A stretch of 62,467 nt of DNA, the filler included. It is 6 parts of 6 records of this genome, joined end to end, with 100 filler letters (N's around TTAATTAATTAA, not from the genome) between each part and the next. Parts side by side here need not be neighbours in the genome. Positions count along the whole stretch, not along the records: positions 30,636 to 47,956 come from SRR31156797_582; positions 48,057 to 54,264 come from SRR31156797_583; 4 more parts are not named here. One strand, written 5' to 3'. This document shows positions 38,587-49,137 of the stretch, one piece after another. Under the pieces are notes generated by a model. It saw nothing but the letters and a program-made list of their open reading frames with translations, ran no database searches and was not told the DNA's origin. The position numbers and the translations under genes are program-made. Each line of letters begins with the position of its first letter. Positions within the stretch are counted from its first letter, which is position 1.

Positions 38587-40026
38587 ATGATCAATCTGAA
38601 AAATGTCAGAACCAGCTTTCTGGAAGTAGCAGAAAAAAACATCTTTTCCACTATGAGAATTGTGCTTAGTCACTCTGAATCAATTGGGGTGAGACAGGAC
38701 ATTGGCCTACCTCCTGCCTTTGCGAACGATACGGGCTATATGATCACAGTTTACGTAAAAGACGGCAGTGGTTATGCAGCATCAAGCGACCTGTCTCTTG
38801 AAGGAATAAAAACAGCATATGCAAAAGCCAAACAGTGGGCTGTCTTCAACAGCGGAAAAAGCGTCATTCCTTTTTCTAAGATCGACAGATTAACTCCAAA
38901 AGGCAGCTACTACAGCCCTGTAGAAAAACCGTGGAACTCCGTTGATCTTTCTGAAAAGGTCAGCTACCTGAAAGATCTGAATTCTGCAATGAAGAGTGAG
39001 TTTGTTGTGGACTACACGGCATCTTTAGACTACATCAAAAGAAAAAGTCTTTTTCTGACATCTGAAGGAACGGAATCACTCCAGGATTACGATTTCATCA
39101 TTCCATACATGTCTCTTACCTCTGCTAAAGATGGAAAGATTCAAAGAAGGAGTCTTGATAGCTTTGCAATTGCAATGCAGGGAGGGATAGAGATCTTTGA
39201 CAAGGTTGGATTTAACATAGATAGCGCAAAAAGGCTTGCTACAGAAGCAGCAGAACTTTTAGATGCTCCATTGTGTCCCGCCGGAAAAATGGATTTACTT
39301 CTGGATCCTGGACAGATGGTTCTACAGATCCATGAATCTATAGGGCATCCTCTTGAAATTGATAGAATTTTAGGAGATGAGCGAAACTACGCAGGAACTA
39401 GCTTTGTTACAAAAGATATGGTCGGAACTTTCAAATATGGCAGCGAACTCCTAAATATTGCTTTTGACCCGACAGTTGAAGGTCAGTTTGCAACCTATCT
39501 GTTTGATGATGATGGAAACCGAACTCAAAAAGAATATCTCATTAAAAAAGGAATTCTTAAAAGAGCTCTCGGCAGTGATATTTCACAGTACCGTTCAAAC
39601 CTTCCCGGAACTGCAAACAGCCGCGCATCAAACTGGAATAGACCTCCAGTAGACAGAATGGCCAACATAAACCTTGAGCCAGGTGATTCATCGCTTGAAA
39701 CTATGATCTCAGGGATTGAAAAAGGTGTTTTTATGAAAACTAATCAGTCATGGTCAATTGATGACAGCAGAAACAAGTTCCAGTTTGGCTGTGAATGGGG
39801 TCAACTCATTGAGAATGGAAAGCTCACAAAACTTGTGAGAAAACCAAACTATCGCGGTATTTCCAGAAATTTCTGGAACAACTTAAAAATGGTTGGAGAC
39901 CTTGGAACAACAGAAATTAAAGGAGTTCCAAACTGCGGAAAAGCTGAACCAAACCAAGCCATATTTGTAGGTCACTCAAGTCCTGTCTGTCTGTTCTCTG
40001 ATATAGATATTTTCGGAGGTGAGTAG
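38587..40026 (+). CDS. tldD: TldD-family metalloprotease
   Basis: QIHESIGHPLE (HExxxH), FDDDG, DRMANINLEPG, CGKAEPNQ. Confidence 0.9.
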   Translation: MINLKNVRTSFLEVAEKNIFSTMRIVLSHSESIGVRQDIGLPPAFANDTGYMITVYVKDGSGYAASSDLSLEGIKTAYAKAKQWAVFNSGKSVIPFSKIDRLTPKGSYYSPVEKPWNSVDLSEKVSYLKDLNSAMKSEFVVDYTASLDYIKRKSLFLTSEGTESLQDYDFIIPYMSLTSAKDGKIQRRSLDSFAIAMQGGIEIFDKVGFNIDSAKRLATEAAELLDAPLCPAGKMDLLLDPGQMVLQIHESIGHPLEIDRILGDERNYAGTSFVTKDMVGTFKYGSELLNIAFDPTVEGQFATYLFDDDGNRTQKEYLIKKGILKRALGSDISQYRSNLPGTANSRASNWNRPPVDRMANINLEPGDSSLETMISGIEKGVFMKTNQSWSIDDSRNKFQFGCEWGQLIENGKLTKLVRKPNYRGISRNFWNNLKMVGDLGTTEIKGVPNCGKAEPNQAIFVGHSSPVCLFSDIDIFGGE

Positions 40027-41347
40027 TATGACATATTTTTTTGACATAACTGACAGAATTTCAAAATTGGTTGAAGGAGATGAATTCGCTCACTTCTACC
40101 TTGAAGGAGAACGATCAGACTTTGTAAGATTCAATCAGAACAAGATCAGGCAAAATGGAAATGTTTCTCAGTTTTATTGTACACTTACTCTAATAAGCAA
40201 CTCTAGACAAGCTAGCTCTGTAGTAACTCTTTGCAACGATATGGAAGTCGATCTTAAAATGTTTAAAAATGCTCTAAAGACATTAAGAAAAACTCTTCCA
40301 AGTCTTGAAAAAGACCCTTACATTCTCTACTCAACTGAGATAAACTCAACATACGATATTAAAGAAAACTGTCTTCCTGATACTCAGTCAATGGTTGATG
40401 AAATAATGTGCAACGGAAAAAGAAAGGATCTTGTTGGAATTCTTTCAAACGGATCTATTATTCGTGCCTTTGCTAACAGTCTCGGACAGAAAAACTGGTT
40501 TGAGAAACCTGGCTTTTCTTTGGACTGGAGTATTTATTTCGAACAGGATAAAGCTGTAAAATCAGGATATGCCGGATATAAGTGGAAAAGCTCAGACCTT
40601 TCCGAAAAAATGGAAAAAGCAGCCAAAGAACTCTCTGTCATGAAAAAACCGGCAAGTACTATTAAGCCTGGAGATTATAGAGTGTATCTTGCTCCAGCCG
40701 CAGTTGATGACTTTATGCACACATTGAGTTGGGGCGGCTTTGGTGAAAAGAGCCAGAAAACACGCAACAGTTCGCTGACAAAACTTGTTGAAGGTCAAAG
40801 GTCGTTCAGTGAAAAAATAACGCTTACAGAGAATAACGTGGATGGGAACTCGCCTCTTTTTAGTGAAGCAGGTTTTATTAAACCTGACAAGATAACTCTT
40901 GTTGAAAATGGAAAACACCTAGAAAGTCTTGCCAATCCAAGAAGCGCAAAAGAGTATGGCGTTGGCCAAAATGGTGCAAACTCATGGGAAATGCCGGAAT
41001 CGCTTGAACTTAATTCAGGTGGAATTTCAAGATCCTGCATTCTTGAAACAATTGATAACGGAATTTATCTTAATAATGTTCATTATCTTAATTATTCCGA
41101 CAGACCGAATTGCTCAATGACTGGAATGTCCAGATTCGCATGCTTTGAAGTTAAAAAGGGTAAGATCGTGGCACCAATTAACGTTATGAGATTTGATGTC
41201 TCTCTCTTTGAAATGCTTGGTAAGAACTTTGTTGGTGCTACCAAGAAAAGAGAAAGGATGCTCAGCACAAACACATATAATCAAAGACATACTGAAAGCT
41301 CTCATCTTCCTGGAATTATCGTGGATAACTTTAAGTTTACGCTTTAG
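40019..41347 (+). CDS. TldE/PmbA-like partner subunit
   Basis: Overlaps tldD; VRFNQNKIRQ, PGDYRVYLAPAAV, TGMSR; no HExxxH. Confidence 0.85.
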   Translation: MSSMTYFFDITDRISKLVEGDEFAHFYLEGERSDFVRFNQNKIRQNGNVSQFYCTLTLISNSRQASSVVTLCNDMEVDLKMFKNALKTLRKTLPSLEKDPYILYSTEINSTYDIKENCLPDTQSMVDEIMCNGKRKDLVGILSNGSIIRAFANSLGQKNWFEKPGFSLDWSIYFEQDKAVKSGYAGYKWKSSDLSEKMEKAAKELSVMKKPASTIKPGDYRVYLAPAAVDDFMHTLSWGGFGEKSQKTRNSSLTKLVEGQRSFSEKITLTENNVDGNSPLFSEAGFIKPDKITLVENGKHLESLANPRSAKEYGVGQNGANSWEMPESLELNSGGISRSCILETIDNGIYLNNVHYLNYSDRPNCSMTGMSRFACFEVKKGKIVAPINVMRFDVSLFEMLGKNFVGATKKRERMLSTNTYNQRHTESSHLPGIIVDNFKFTL

Positions 41348-41348
41348 C

Positions 41349-42308
41349 TCAGCTCTTAGACTTCTTATCCAGAACAAGGATAAAAACAATACCTACAACG
41401 ATAAGTGCCAGACTTATCATAAGACTTGTATCAAAGCTTTGTGGAAGAATATTTTCCTGAGAAATAATATGCTCTTTATCTCTAATTATTTTTGTGACAG
41501 CTTCGCCTTTCCAGGGCCAGATCTTTCTCATTGAGCCAGCCATAAGCCCTGTAAGAAATGCAAGTGTAGCATTATGCCACTTTGAAAGCAGCCAATTTAG
41601 GAATCTTGAAAATCCTGCAAGCCCTATTGCGCAACCTGCACAGAAAACAAGAACGACCAACAGATTATGGTCTCCCGATATCTCATTAACTGAAAAAGGA
41701 GCTTTGAGAGTTCCTGTAATATATTCATATTTGCCTAAAATCAGCAGTATGAACGCTCCGCTGAGTCCAGGAAGGATCATAGCACAAATCCCAACAACTC
41801 CACTTAGAAAGATAAACCAAAGCTCAACTGGAGTGTTGACTGGAATAAGCCCTACAACAACATAAGCAACTACAGCGCCTAGGATAATTGACACGATAGA
41901 AGTTGTCTTCCACTTTACCTGCTTTCCGATAACAAAAGTAGAGGCTGCTATAAGCCCTACAAAAAGACTAAAAGTAGGTTCAGGATGTGTTTTAAGCAGA
42001 AAATTCATCAGCCTTGCAAGCGAAATTATCGCAATTGCGATTCCTGAAAAAAGAACCAACAGGAATCTGATATGAACACCTGCAAGAGCATCTTTTATCT
42101 GAAACTTCAGAAGTTTTTTAAAAAAGTTTATATCAATTGACTTTATTGCAGCAAGCAGCTTTGCATAAATTCCTGTGATCAGAGCAATCGTTCCACCTGA
42201 AACGCCTGGAATTATATCTGCTCCGCCCATGCAAAGGCCTTTAAGAAAAAGTGTAAGCGATTCTTTCATAGTCTTTGGCCCCGGTGAGGCAAAAAATGCT
42301 TTTTTCAT
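41349..42308 (-). CDS. DUF368 membrane protein (putative undecaprenyl-phosphate translocase family)
   Basis: MGGADIIPGVSGGTIA and AMILPGLSGAFILLILGKY repeats. Confidence 0.9.
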   Translation of the reverse strand: MKKAFFASPGPKTMKESLTLFLKGLCMGGADIIPGVSGGTIALITGIYAKLLAAIKSIDINFFKKLLKFQIKDALAGVHIRFLLVLFSGIAIAIISLARLMNFLLKTHPEPTFSLFVGLIAASTFVIGKQVKWKTTSIVSIILGAVVAYVVVGLIPVNTPVELWFIFLSGVVGICAMILPGLSGAFILLILGKYEYITGTLKAPFSVNEISGDHNLLVVLVFCAGCAIGLAGFSRFLNWLLSKWHNATLAFLTGLMAGSMRKIWPWKGEAVTKIIRDKEHIISQENILPQSFDTSLMISLALIVVGIVFILVLDKKSKS

Positions 42309-42328
42309 TTAATTTGTTCCCATGTTGA

Positions 42329-43108
42329 TTATTTGTCTTTTAAATCTCTTAAAAGCTTATTGTCAGTGAAATCCATCTTTAATGGAGTGATACTTATGCA
42401 TCCGTCCTGTATTGCGTTACAGTCACTTCCCGGGATATCAGAGAAATGAGTCTGATCTCCACCGATCCAGAGATATTCATTTCCTCTAGGGTCTGTTCTT
42501 TTTATTACATCTCCACCGTAGTTGCGCTTTCCAAGACTGGTCCAGCAAATAGTCGGGATCTTTTCCCAATCTAAAGTTGAAGGAATGTTTATATTGAAAA
42601 GGTGGGGAACAGAATAGAGCTTTTCTTTTGTGATCTTGCTCTCTATTTCAGGAATGACATATTTAAAAAAGACTTTCGTAGCTTTATCAAAAGAGCTTTC
42701 ATCAAAAGTTGCAAAGTCTTCAATAAAAAGTGAGACCGCAAAAGATGTAATTCCGTTGTAGAATGTCTCTATTGCCGCAGCTACAGTTCCTGAATAAGTT
42801 ATGTCATTTCCAAGGTTTGCACCTTTATTTATTCCTGAGATCGCAATGTTTGGCTTTTCTTTTACAATTTCGTTTAAACCCAGATAAACTGAATCTGTCG
42901 GTGTTCCTGAAACAGCATAGATGTTTTCATCAAATTTCTTTATCTTTAGTGGAGAATGTAGTGTGATCGAATGACCTGAGCCACTCTGTTCATGAAGTGG
43001 GGCTACAGAACAAAAAGAATGCCCGAGACCTTTAATATAGCTTTCAAGAGCTTTGATCCCGGCGGCTGAAACACCGTCGTCATTTGTCAGGAAAAATAGT
43101 TTTTTCAC
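42329..43108 (-). CDS. surE: 5'/3'-nucleotidase SurE
   Basis: LTNDDG, QSGSGHSIT, GTPTDSV, SGINKGANLG, YSGTVAAA. Confidence 0.96.
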   Translation of the reverse strand: MKKLFFLTNDDGVSAAGIKALESYIKGLGHSFCSVAPLHEQSGSGHSITLHSPLKIKKFDENIYAVSGTPTDSVYLGLNEIVKEKPNIAISGINKGANLGNDITYSGTVAAAIETFYNGITSFAVSLFIEDFATFDESSFDKATKVFFKYVIPEIESKITKEKLYSVPHLFNINIPSTLDWEKIPTICWTSLGKRNYGGDVIKRTDPRGNEYLWIGGDQTHFSDIPGSDCNAIQDGCISITPLKMDFTDNKLLRDLKDK

Positions 43109-43119
43109 TTAGCTAATAA

Positions 43120-43197
43120 TGGTCGGGATGACTGGACTCGAACCAGCGACCCCTTGAACCCCATTCAAGTACGCTACCAAGGCTGCGCTACATCCCG
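43120..43197 (-). tRNA. tRNA-Pro(GGG)
   Basis: CGGGATGTAGCGCAGCCTTGGTAGCG...CTTGA-ATGGGGT-TCAAG...GGTTCGAGTCC...CATCCCGACCA; cloverleaf with encoded CCA. Confidence 0.95.
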
Positions 43198-43211
43198 ACC
43201 TAAAGCAAAAA

Positions 43212-43499
43212 TTACTTTTTGCTGTTAAGTCTGTCTTTAAGAACTTGGCTATGGTGAAATGTTGCAACTTTACGAGGACTAATCGTAAGAGGCTTATTGG
43301 TCTGAGGATTACGACCTTTTCTTTCTTTTTTCTGTTTTACAACGAATTTTCCAAATCCACTGATCTGAATTTCTCCGTCTTCAACGAGACCGTTCTTAAG
43401 CTCCTCAAAAAACATGTCTACAAGTTCTGCAGCACGTCTTTTATCAACTTTCATCTGCTCATAAACAAGTTCTGCGAGTTCAACTTTTGTTACGCTCAT
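43212..43499 (-). CDS. ihfA: Integration host factor alpha subunit (HU/IHF family)
   Basis: TKVELAE, ISGFGKF, RKGRNPQT, ISPRKVATF..SQVLK; follows rplT. Confidence 0.88.
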   Translation of the reverse strand: MSVTKVELAELVYEQMKVDKRRAAELVDMFFEELKNGLVEDGEIQISGFGKFVVKQKKERKGRNPQTNKPLTISPRKVATFHHSQVLKDRLNSKK

Positions 43500-43515
43500 T
43501 TTGTCCCCCTATTTC

Positions 43516-43863
43516 TTAGTTAGCGTTTGCTTCTTCAACAACTTTATCAAAAGCCTTAGGATCTTCCATTGCAAGGAAAGCAAGTGTTTTTCTGTCAATA
43601 TCGATCTCTGCTTTCTTAAGCATGTTCATAAATACTGAGTAGCTGTAACCTCTTTCTCTTGCAGCAGCATTAATTCTTGTAATCCAAAGTCTTCTGAACT
43701 CACGTTTTTTAAGTTTTCTGTGAACGTACTGGTAAACCCAGCCACGCTCAACAGTTTCTTTTGCAACTCTAAAGGTTCTTGATCTTGACTGATAGTTACC
43801 TTTAGCAGCCTTCATTATTTTGTTTCTTCTTCTTCTGGCTTTAAACCCTCTTTTCACTCTCAT
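43516..43863 (-). CDS. rplT: 50S ribosomal protein L20
   Basis: [30 protein letters not shown]. Confidence 0.97.
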   Translation of the reverse strand: MRVKRGFKARRRRNKIMKAAKGNYQSRSRTFRVAKETVERGWVYQYVHRKLKKREFRRLWITRINAAARERGYSYSVFMNMLKKAEIDIDRKTLAFLAMEDPKAFDKVVEEANAN

Positions 43864-43878
43864 CGTCTGCTCCTTTGT

Positions 43879-44076
43879 TTACAGGTAAGGTAAAAGTCTT
43901 TTCATCTGTGATACATCCTGAGATACAACAATAGCACCTTTTCTAAGGTTTCTTTTTCTCTTCTTGTTCTTCTTTGTCAGGATGTGGCTTTTAAATGCGT
44001 GCCATCTTTTAAACTTTCCGCTACCAGTTTTTTTAACTCTTTTTGCAGCAGCCCTATTGGTCTTCATTTTAGGCAT
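43879..44076 (-). CDS. rpmI: 50S ribosomal protein L35
   Basis: [24 protein letters not shown]. Confidence 0.97.
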   Translation of the reverse strand: MPKMKTNRAAAKRVKKTGSGKFKRWHAFKSHILTKKNKKRKRNLRKGAIVVSQDVSQMKRLLPYL

Positions 44077-44095
44077 TACGTCTCTCCCTTCTAAA

Positions 44096-44638
44096 CTAAT
44101 TTTTTGGCGTAAGCATCATGAACATACGTTTATTTTTCACAACTGTGTCCATTTCGATGTTCAGATTTTCTTCGCCACCAAGTTCGTTAATAATTAAGTT
44201 AAGGTTCTCCAAAGCTTTCTCAGCAAAGATAATCTCTCTACCTCTAAAGAAAACTGTAAATTTCACCTTGTTTCCCTCTTCAAGAAACTTCTTTGCGTGA
44301 CGGATCTTGGTGTTAAGATCATGTGTGTCAGTATTGGGCCTGATCTTAAGCTCCTTAATCTCTATTGTCACCTGATTCGCTTTGGCTTTTTTAGCCTTCT
44401 TCTTCATTTTATATAGATGCTTACCATAATCCATGATCTTGCAGACAACAGGATCTGTGTTTGGGGAAACGCAGACAAGGTCAAGTCCAAAACCTCTAGC
44501 TCTATCAAGAGCATCTCCTTTTGCAAGAACACCAAGCATTTCACCTGAAGGTGTAATAACTCTCATCTTCGATTGTTTAATAGTTTCGTTGAGAATTCCG
44601 TCTCCAGGGGCCTTTGAATCGGCATGTTTGTTTTTCAT
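44096..44638 (-). CDS. infC: Translation initiation factor IF-3
   Basis: GLDLV.V.P...[26 protein letters not shown] overlaps the thrS TGA; an in-frame TTG lies at 44641. Confidence 0.95.
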   Translation of the reverse strand: MKNKHADSKAPGDGILNETIKQSKMRVITPSGEMLGVLAKGDALDRARGFGLDLVCVSPNTDPVVCKIMDYGKHLYKMKKKAKKAKANQVTIEIKELKIRPNTDTHDLNTKIRHAKKFLEEGNKVKFTVFFRGREIIFAEKALENLNLIINELGGEENLNIEMDTVVKNKRMFMMLTPKN

Positions 44639-46551
44639 CAATAATAAGCTCCGTAATGGTTATCCAGATCCATTTTATTTATAAAATCAGCGACTTTCAT
44701 TGTTTCCTGATCTCCGCCACGAACTCTTACGTTGATCGTTTCCAGAGATGCTTCGTTATCACCCACAACAACAATGTTAGGTGTTTTTGATACAACAGAT
44801 TCACGGATCTTAAATCCGATCTTTTCATTTCTGCTATCTATAACTGCTCTAATTCCTTTTTGTGTCAGCATTTCCTTAAGCTTTTCAGCTGTCTCTAAAT
44901 GCCTGTCAGCAACCGAGAGGATCGCAACCTGAACAGGAGCAAGCCACGTCGGAAACGCACCTTTATAGTGCTCAATAAGCACACCGAAAAATCTTTCAAT
45001 TGATCCAAGAAGGGCTCTGTGGATCATTATAGGTCTATGCTCGTTTCCATCTTCTGCGATATAGTTAAGATCAAATTTTTCAGGAAGATTAAAGTCAAGT
45101 TGAACTGTTGAGAGCTGCCAGTTCCTTCCAATTGAATCTGTAACATTTATATCTATCTTAGGTCCGTAAAAAGCACCGTCACCCTCATTGAGCTCCCATG
45201 AAAGACCTGAATCTTCAAGAGTTTTCTTTAGGGCAGCTTCAGCCTTGTCCCAAATTTCTACATCACCGACATACTTTTCAGGTCGAGTACTTAAGAAAAG
45301 TTTAAACTCTTTAAAATCAAAACTTTTCAGCATAAACAAACTGAATTCAAGTGTCTTTTTAAGTTCTTTCTCAAGCTGATCAAGTTTGCAGAAAAGATGT
45401 GCATCATCCTGAGTAAAGCCACGAACTCTCTTCAATCCGTTAAGAGTTCCGGATTTTTCATATCTGTAAACTGTTCCTAGCTCAGCCCAGCGAAATGGAA
45501 ATTCCCTGTAGCTCCACTTCTTTCTCTTATATATCATCACATGAAATGGACAGTTCATTGGCTTAACGTAATAGTCTTCACCATCAATATCCATTGGATT
45601 ATACATTCCATCCTTATAAAAGCCCAGATGTCCACTTGTTTCCCAGAGAGTTCCTCTGCCTATATGAGGTGAATAAACGAGCTCGTAATCATTACGAATA
45701 TGCTGTTTTCTCCAGAAATTCTCAATAACAGTACGGATAATTCCGCCATTTGGAGTCCAAAGGGCAAGTCCACCACCTACAGATTCAGTCATTTCAAAAA
45801 GATCAAGGTCTTTTCCTAGTTTTCTGTGATCTCTTTCCTTTGCTTCTTCAAGCATTTTTAGATGAGCTTTAAGATCATCCTTTGAATGAAAAGCTGTCGC
45901 GTAAACTCTTTGAAGCATCTGTCTTTTCTCATCACCTCTCCAGTACGCACCGGCAACAGAAAGCAGTTTGAAAGCTTTCACAAATCCAGTGTGTGGAAGA
46001 TGCGGACCTCTGCAAAGGTCTACGAAATTTCCATGCTTATATAGTGAAACCTGAGGTTCGCCTAAGTCTTCAATAAGTTCAACCTTATAGTTTTCACCCA
46101 TTTTGTTGAAAAGATCAATCGCATCTTTGCTTTCAACGTCTTCCCTTACAAAAGGAGTTTTTGATTTTATGATCTCTTTCATCTTGCTTTCAATTGCTTT
46201 AAAGTCTTCAACTGAAAAACGGTGAGGAGAATCAAAATCATAGTAAAAACCATGTTCAATTGAGGGCCCGATCGTTACTTTTGTTTCAGGAAACAGCTGT
46301 GTTACTGCGTCTGCCATGATATGTGCAGCTGAGTGACGCACAAGATCAAGACCTTCTTCGCTTCTAGACGTAATAACCTTCATGTTTCCTGAAGTTACAG
46401 CTGATGCCACATCTACAAGCTTGTCATCAATTGAAACAGCAAGAGCGTTTCTGGCAAGTCCTTCACCAATGTTCTGTTTAATGAATTCAAGCCACGAAGT
46501 TTGCTTAGAAACTTCGATCTTCTTCCCGTCAGGAAGTATAATATTTATCAT
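44638..46551 (-). CDS. thrS: Threonine--tRNA ligase
   Basis: RHSAAH, DLCRGPH, RDHRKLG, KPMNCP, RVRGFTQDDAH, GAFYGPKID, HRALLGSIERF. Start is ATG 46551 after GAGGA; the ORF-track extension runs through the tRNA. Confidence 0.97.
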   Translation of the reverse strand: MINIILPDGKKIEVSKQTSWLEFIKQNIGEGLARNALAVSIDDKLVDVASAVTSGNMKVITSRSEEGLDLVRHSAAHIMADAVTQLFPETKVTIGPSIEHGFYYDFDSPHRFSVEDFKAIESKMKEIIKSKTPFVREDVESKDAIDLFNKMGENYKVELIEDLGEPQVSLYKHGNFVDLCRGPHLPHTGFVKAFKLLSVAGAYWRGDEKRQMLQRVYATAFHSKDDLKAHLKMLEEAKERDHRKLGKDLDLFEMTESVGGGLALWTPNGGIIRTVIENFWRKQHIRNDYELVYSPHIGRGTLWETSGHLGFYKDGMYNPMDIDGEDYYVKPMNCPFHVMIYKRKKWSYREFPFRWAELGTVYRYEKSGTLNGLKRVRGFTQDDAHLFCKLDQLEKELKKTLEFSLFMLKSFDFKEFKLFLSTRPEKYVGDVEIWDKAEAALKKTLEDSGLSWELNEGDGAFYGPKIDINVTDSIGRNWQLSTVQLDFNLPEKFDLNYIAEDGNEHRPIMIHRALLGSIERFFGVLIEHYKGAFPTWLAPVQVAILSVADRHLETAEKLKEMLTQKGIRAVIDSRNEKIGFKIRESVVSKTPNIVVVGDNEASLETINVRVRGGDQETMKVADFINKMDLDNHYGAYY

Positions 46552-46574
46552 CATTTCCTCAATAAGTGTAATCC

Positions 46575-46649
46575 TGGTGGGCCCGAGTGGGTTCGAACCA
46601 CTGACCCCTGCCACGTCAAGGCAGTGCTCTCCCGCTGAGCTACGAGCCC
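46575..46649 (-). tRNA. tRNA-Val(GAC)
   Basis: GGGCTCGTAGCTCAGCGGGAGAGCA-CTGCC-TTGACGT-GGCAG...GGTTCGAACCC...GGGCCCACCA. Confidence 0.95.
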
Positions 46650-46672
46650 AAGATACCTAAAAAGCGCTGATT

Positions 46673-46701
46673 TTTATAGCAATTACCACCATTAAAGTCA
46701 A
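46673..46701 (-). promoter_or_regulatory. Sigma70 promoter for the tRNA-Val/thrS operon
   Basis: Minus strand reads TTGACT, 17-nt spacer ending TGC (extended -10), TATAAA. Confidence 0.7.
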
Positions 46702-46918
46702 ACTTTTTTGTCTTTTTACTCGTAACCTCTCAATTCTACTTGAAAATTCTCATTTTTCCAAAATTTATAATAATCCTGCAAAAGAGCTAACCTCTTATTT
46801 CATCTGAATTTTTCGCTTATTTCCAGCTACTAAAAAAATGTTTAAATTTAATTTGCGTAAATATTCAGAATATGGAAAAATTCCCAGAGTTTCTTTTACT
46901 TTTTGATCGAGGTGGAAA

Positions 46919-47956
46919 ATGGCACAGACTTTTGCAGAAAAAATTTTTTCTCAAAGAGCAGGAAAAAATGTAGTTCCGGGTACAATTCTTAACATTAAAC
47001 CTGACCATGTTCTTACACATGACAATTCAGCGGCGATATTTTCTACGTTCAGCAAAATGGGTGGAAAAAAGTTCGCAGACGTATCTCAACCTGTGATAGT
47101 GCTTGATCACATTGTACCTGCAGCTAGCGAAAAAGCTGCAACAAACCACCAGACAGTTAGAAACCTTGTCTTAGACCAAGGGATAAGCAATTTTTATGAC
47201 GGCGGTAGAGGTATTTGTCATCAAGTTCTCATTGAAGAAGGATTCGCTCTTCCGGGCAAATTGATCGTTGGATCAGACAGTCACACGGTAACTTACGGAG
47301 CTCTTGGAGTCTTTTCCACGGGTATTGGAAGAAGTGAGGCGGCAGGAATTTGGGCTACAGGCGAAATATGGCTTAAAGTACCGGAATCAATGAAGATCGT
47401 TTTAAACGGAAAAGCTAAAAGCAGTGTAACATCAAAAGATGTTCTTCTTTTTATTGCAGGACAAATTAAAGCTGATGGCGCACTTTACAAAAGCATAGAA
47501 TTTTCAGGAAGCTATATAGACGACATCAGTCTTGCTGACAGAATGGTCTTTACAAATATGGCCGTTGAGATCGGAGCAAAAAATGGATATATCGCTCCAG
47601 ATAAAAAGGTGTTTGACTATCTTGAAAAGATCGGCGCAAAAGACAACTACACAGCTGTTTATCCTGATCCTGATGCTGAATACGCACAAGTTATTGAGAT
47701 TGATGTTTCACAGATAGAGCCTCTTGTTGCCTGTCCGCATACTGTTGATAATGTTAAGAAAGTTTCTGAACTTGTTCAGACAAAAGTTCATCAGGTTGTT
47801 ATCGGAACATGCACAAATGGAAGAATTGAAGACTTTAGAATGGCTGCTGAGGTTCTCAAAGGCAAAAAGATCGCTGAAGGAACTAGACTTCTTATTCTCC
47901 CAGCAAGTTCAGAGGTTTATATTCAGGCAATGGATGAAGGTCTGTTTAAGATATTT
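46919..47956 (+). CDS. 3-isopropylmalate dehydratase/homoaconitase large subunit (LeuC/HacA type); 3'-truncated
   Basis: LTHDN, LDH, GICHQV, GSDSHT.TYGA, NMAVEIGAK, IGTCTNGR. Substrate cannot be assigned from sequence. Confidence 0.9.
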
Positions 47957-48056
47957 NNNNNNNNNNNNNNNNNNNNNNNNNNNNNNNNNNNNNNNNNNNN
48001 TTAATTAATTAANNNNNNNNNNNNNNNNNNNNNNNNNNNNNNNNNNNNNNNNNNNN
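47957..48056. other. Artificial contig spacer
   Basis: 44 N + TTAATTAATTAA + 44 N. Confidence 0.98.
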
Positions 48057-48211
48057 GATTTTAAAAGCTATATTTAACCCTAAATCAAACTTAGTAATTC
48101 TCTTAGGGTAAAAGTTTTTCTGTGTGAATATAGTATTTTATAATAAATATAATCGCACATTACTAATGTTTTCTAAACATATACTATATATACTATAATA
48201 TAGAGTGAAAA

Positions 48212-48868
48212 TCACACTTCATAGTGATTTTGTTGCTCTGCTCCCCATTCATCTTTACATTTTTTGATACCAAATGCTATTTGTGTAAAAGCTTCACTTG
48301 AATAATCCAATGCTTGTTTAAAATCCTCTTCAAAGTTATTGTCTTTTATCACATCATTTATTTTTTTGATATAAAATGTAAGTGCTGCATATTGCATAAG
48401 TTCACCAGTAGCATTAGACTTATAAATAATAGGAACTGCGTGTAAATGTTTATAACCTGTAACACCTCTTGTAAAGTCAAAACCTACAGAAGTTGCTCTA
48501 TGAAACATACCAAAAATGATACTAGAAAAGAACACACTTTGATTAGTAGGCTTTGAACTATTTGATAAAAAACTGTAATTAAATATCTTAGGAATATCTT
48601 CCCATTGAGAGAAACCTAACACATCTTTTGACCAAAAAGTAAAACATTTTACAACAGTATTGTAATCCATTTCGATAACCTTTCCTTTCTCATTTAGAAT
48701 AGCAACAGGAAAGAATTCATCCTCTTTTTTTTCCATTTGTTCTCTTGTTTCTTTAACAACAAACTCTGGAATATAGTTTAGAAAACTTTGTAATTTTTCT
48801 TTAGAATTTATCAATAAAAAGATATCAGTATAGTTGCTATTTATATCAATTTCATAAGTATCTTTCAT
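48212..48868 (-). CDS. Hypothetical protein
   Basis: 218-aa ORF in very AT-rich DNA, coupled to the upstream gene (TAATG); no recognised motif. Confidence 0.75.
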   Translation of the reverse strand: MKDTYEIDINSNYTDIFLLINSKEKLQSFLNYIPEFVVKETREQMEKKEDEFFPVAILNEKGKVIEMDYNTVVKCFTFWSKDVLGFSQWEDIPKIFNYSFLSNSSKPTNQSVFFSSIIFGMFHRATSVGFDFTRGVTGYKHLHAVPIIYKSNATGELMQYAALTFYIKKINDVIKDNNFEEDFKQALDYSSEAFTQIAFGIKKCKDEWGAEQQNHYEV

Positions 48869-49137
48869 TATAATACATCCTGATTAACTTGTGAATTTTG
48901 ATTGCTATTTTCTTCTTCTTTTTGAATATCTTTTGCAATTTTTACTACACCTTTTTTTCTCCATGTGCTAATTGCTTCTTCAATAATTGTTTCAATAGGT
49001 AAACCCTTTTTACTTAGATAATTTAATGCATTAAAAGTATCTTCATCAACTTTGATTTTTTCCTTTAGTGGAACTTTTTTTACTACTAAATCTTTTTTAA
49101 GAGTATCAAGTAAACTATCTTTATTATTATTCATCAT
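48868..49137 (-). CDS. Small protein, possible ribbon-helix-helix DNA-binding protein
   Basis: KEKIKV (strand), DEDTFNALNYLSKK (helix), G turn, IETIIEEAISTW (helix). Confidence 0.5.
   Translation of the reverse strand: MMNNNKDSLLDTLKKDLVVKKVPLKEKIKVDEDTFNALNYLSKKGLPIETIIEEAISTWRKKGVVKIAKDIQKEEENSNQNSQVNQDVL

Noticed and set aside
46552..46614. N-terminal extension of ThrS in the ORF track
   Set aside because: It overlaps tRNA-Val; the RBS supports ATG 46551.
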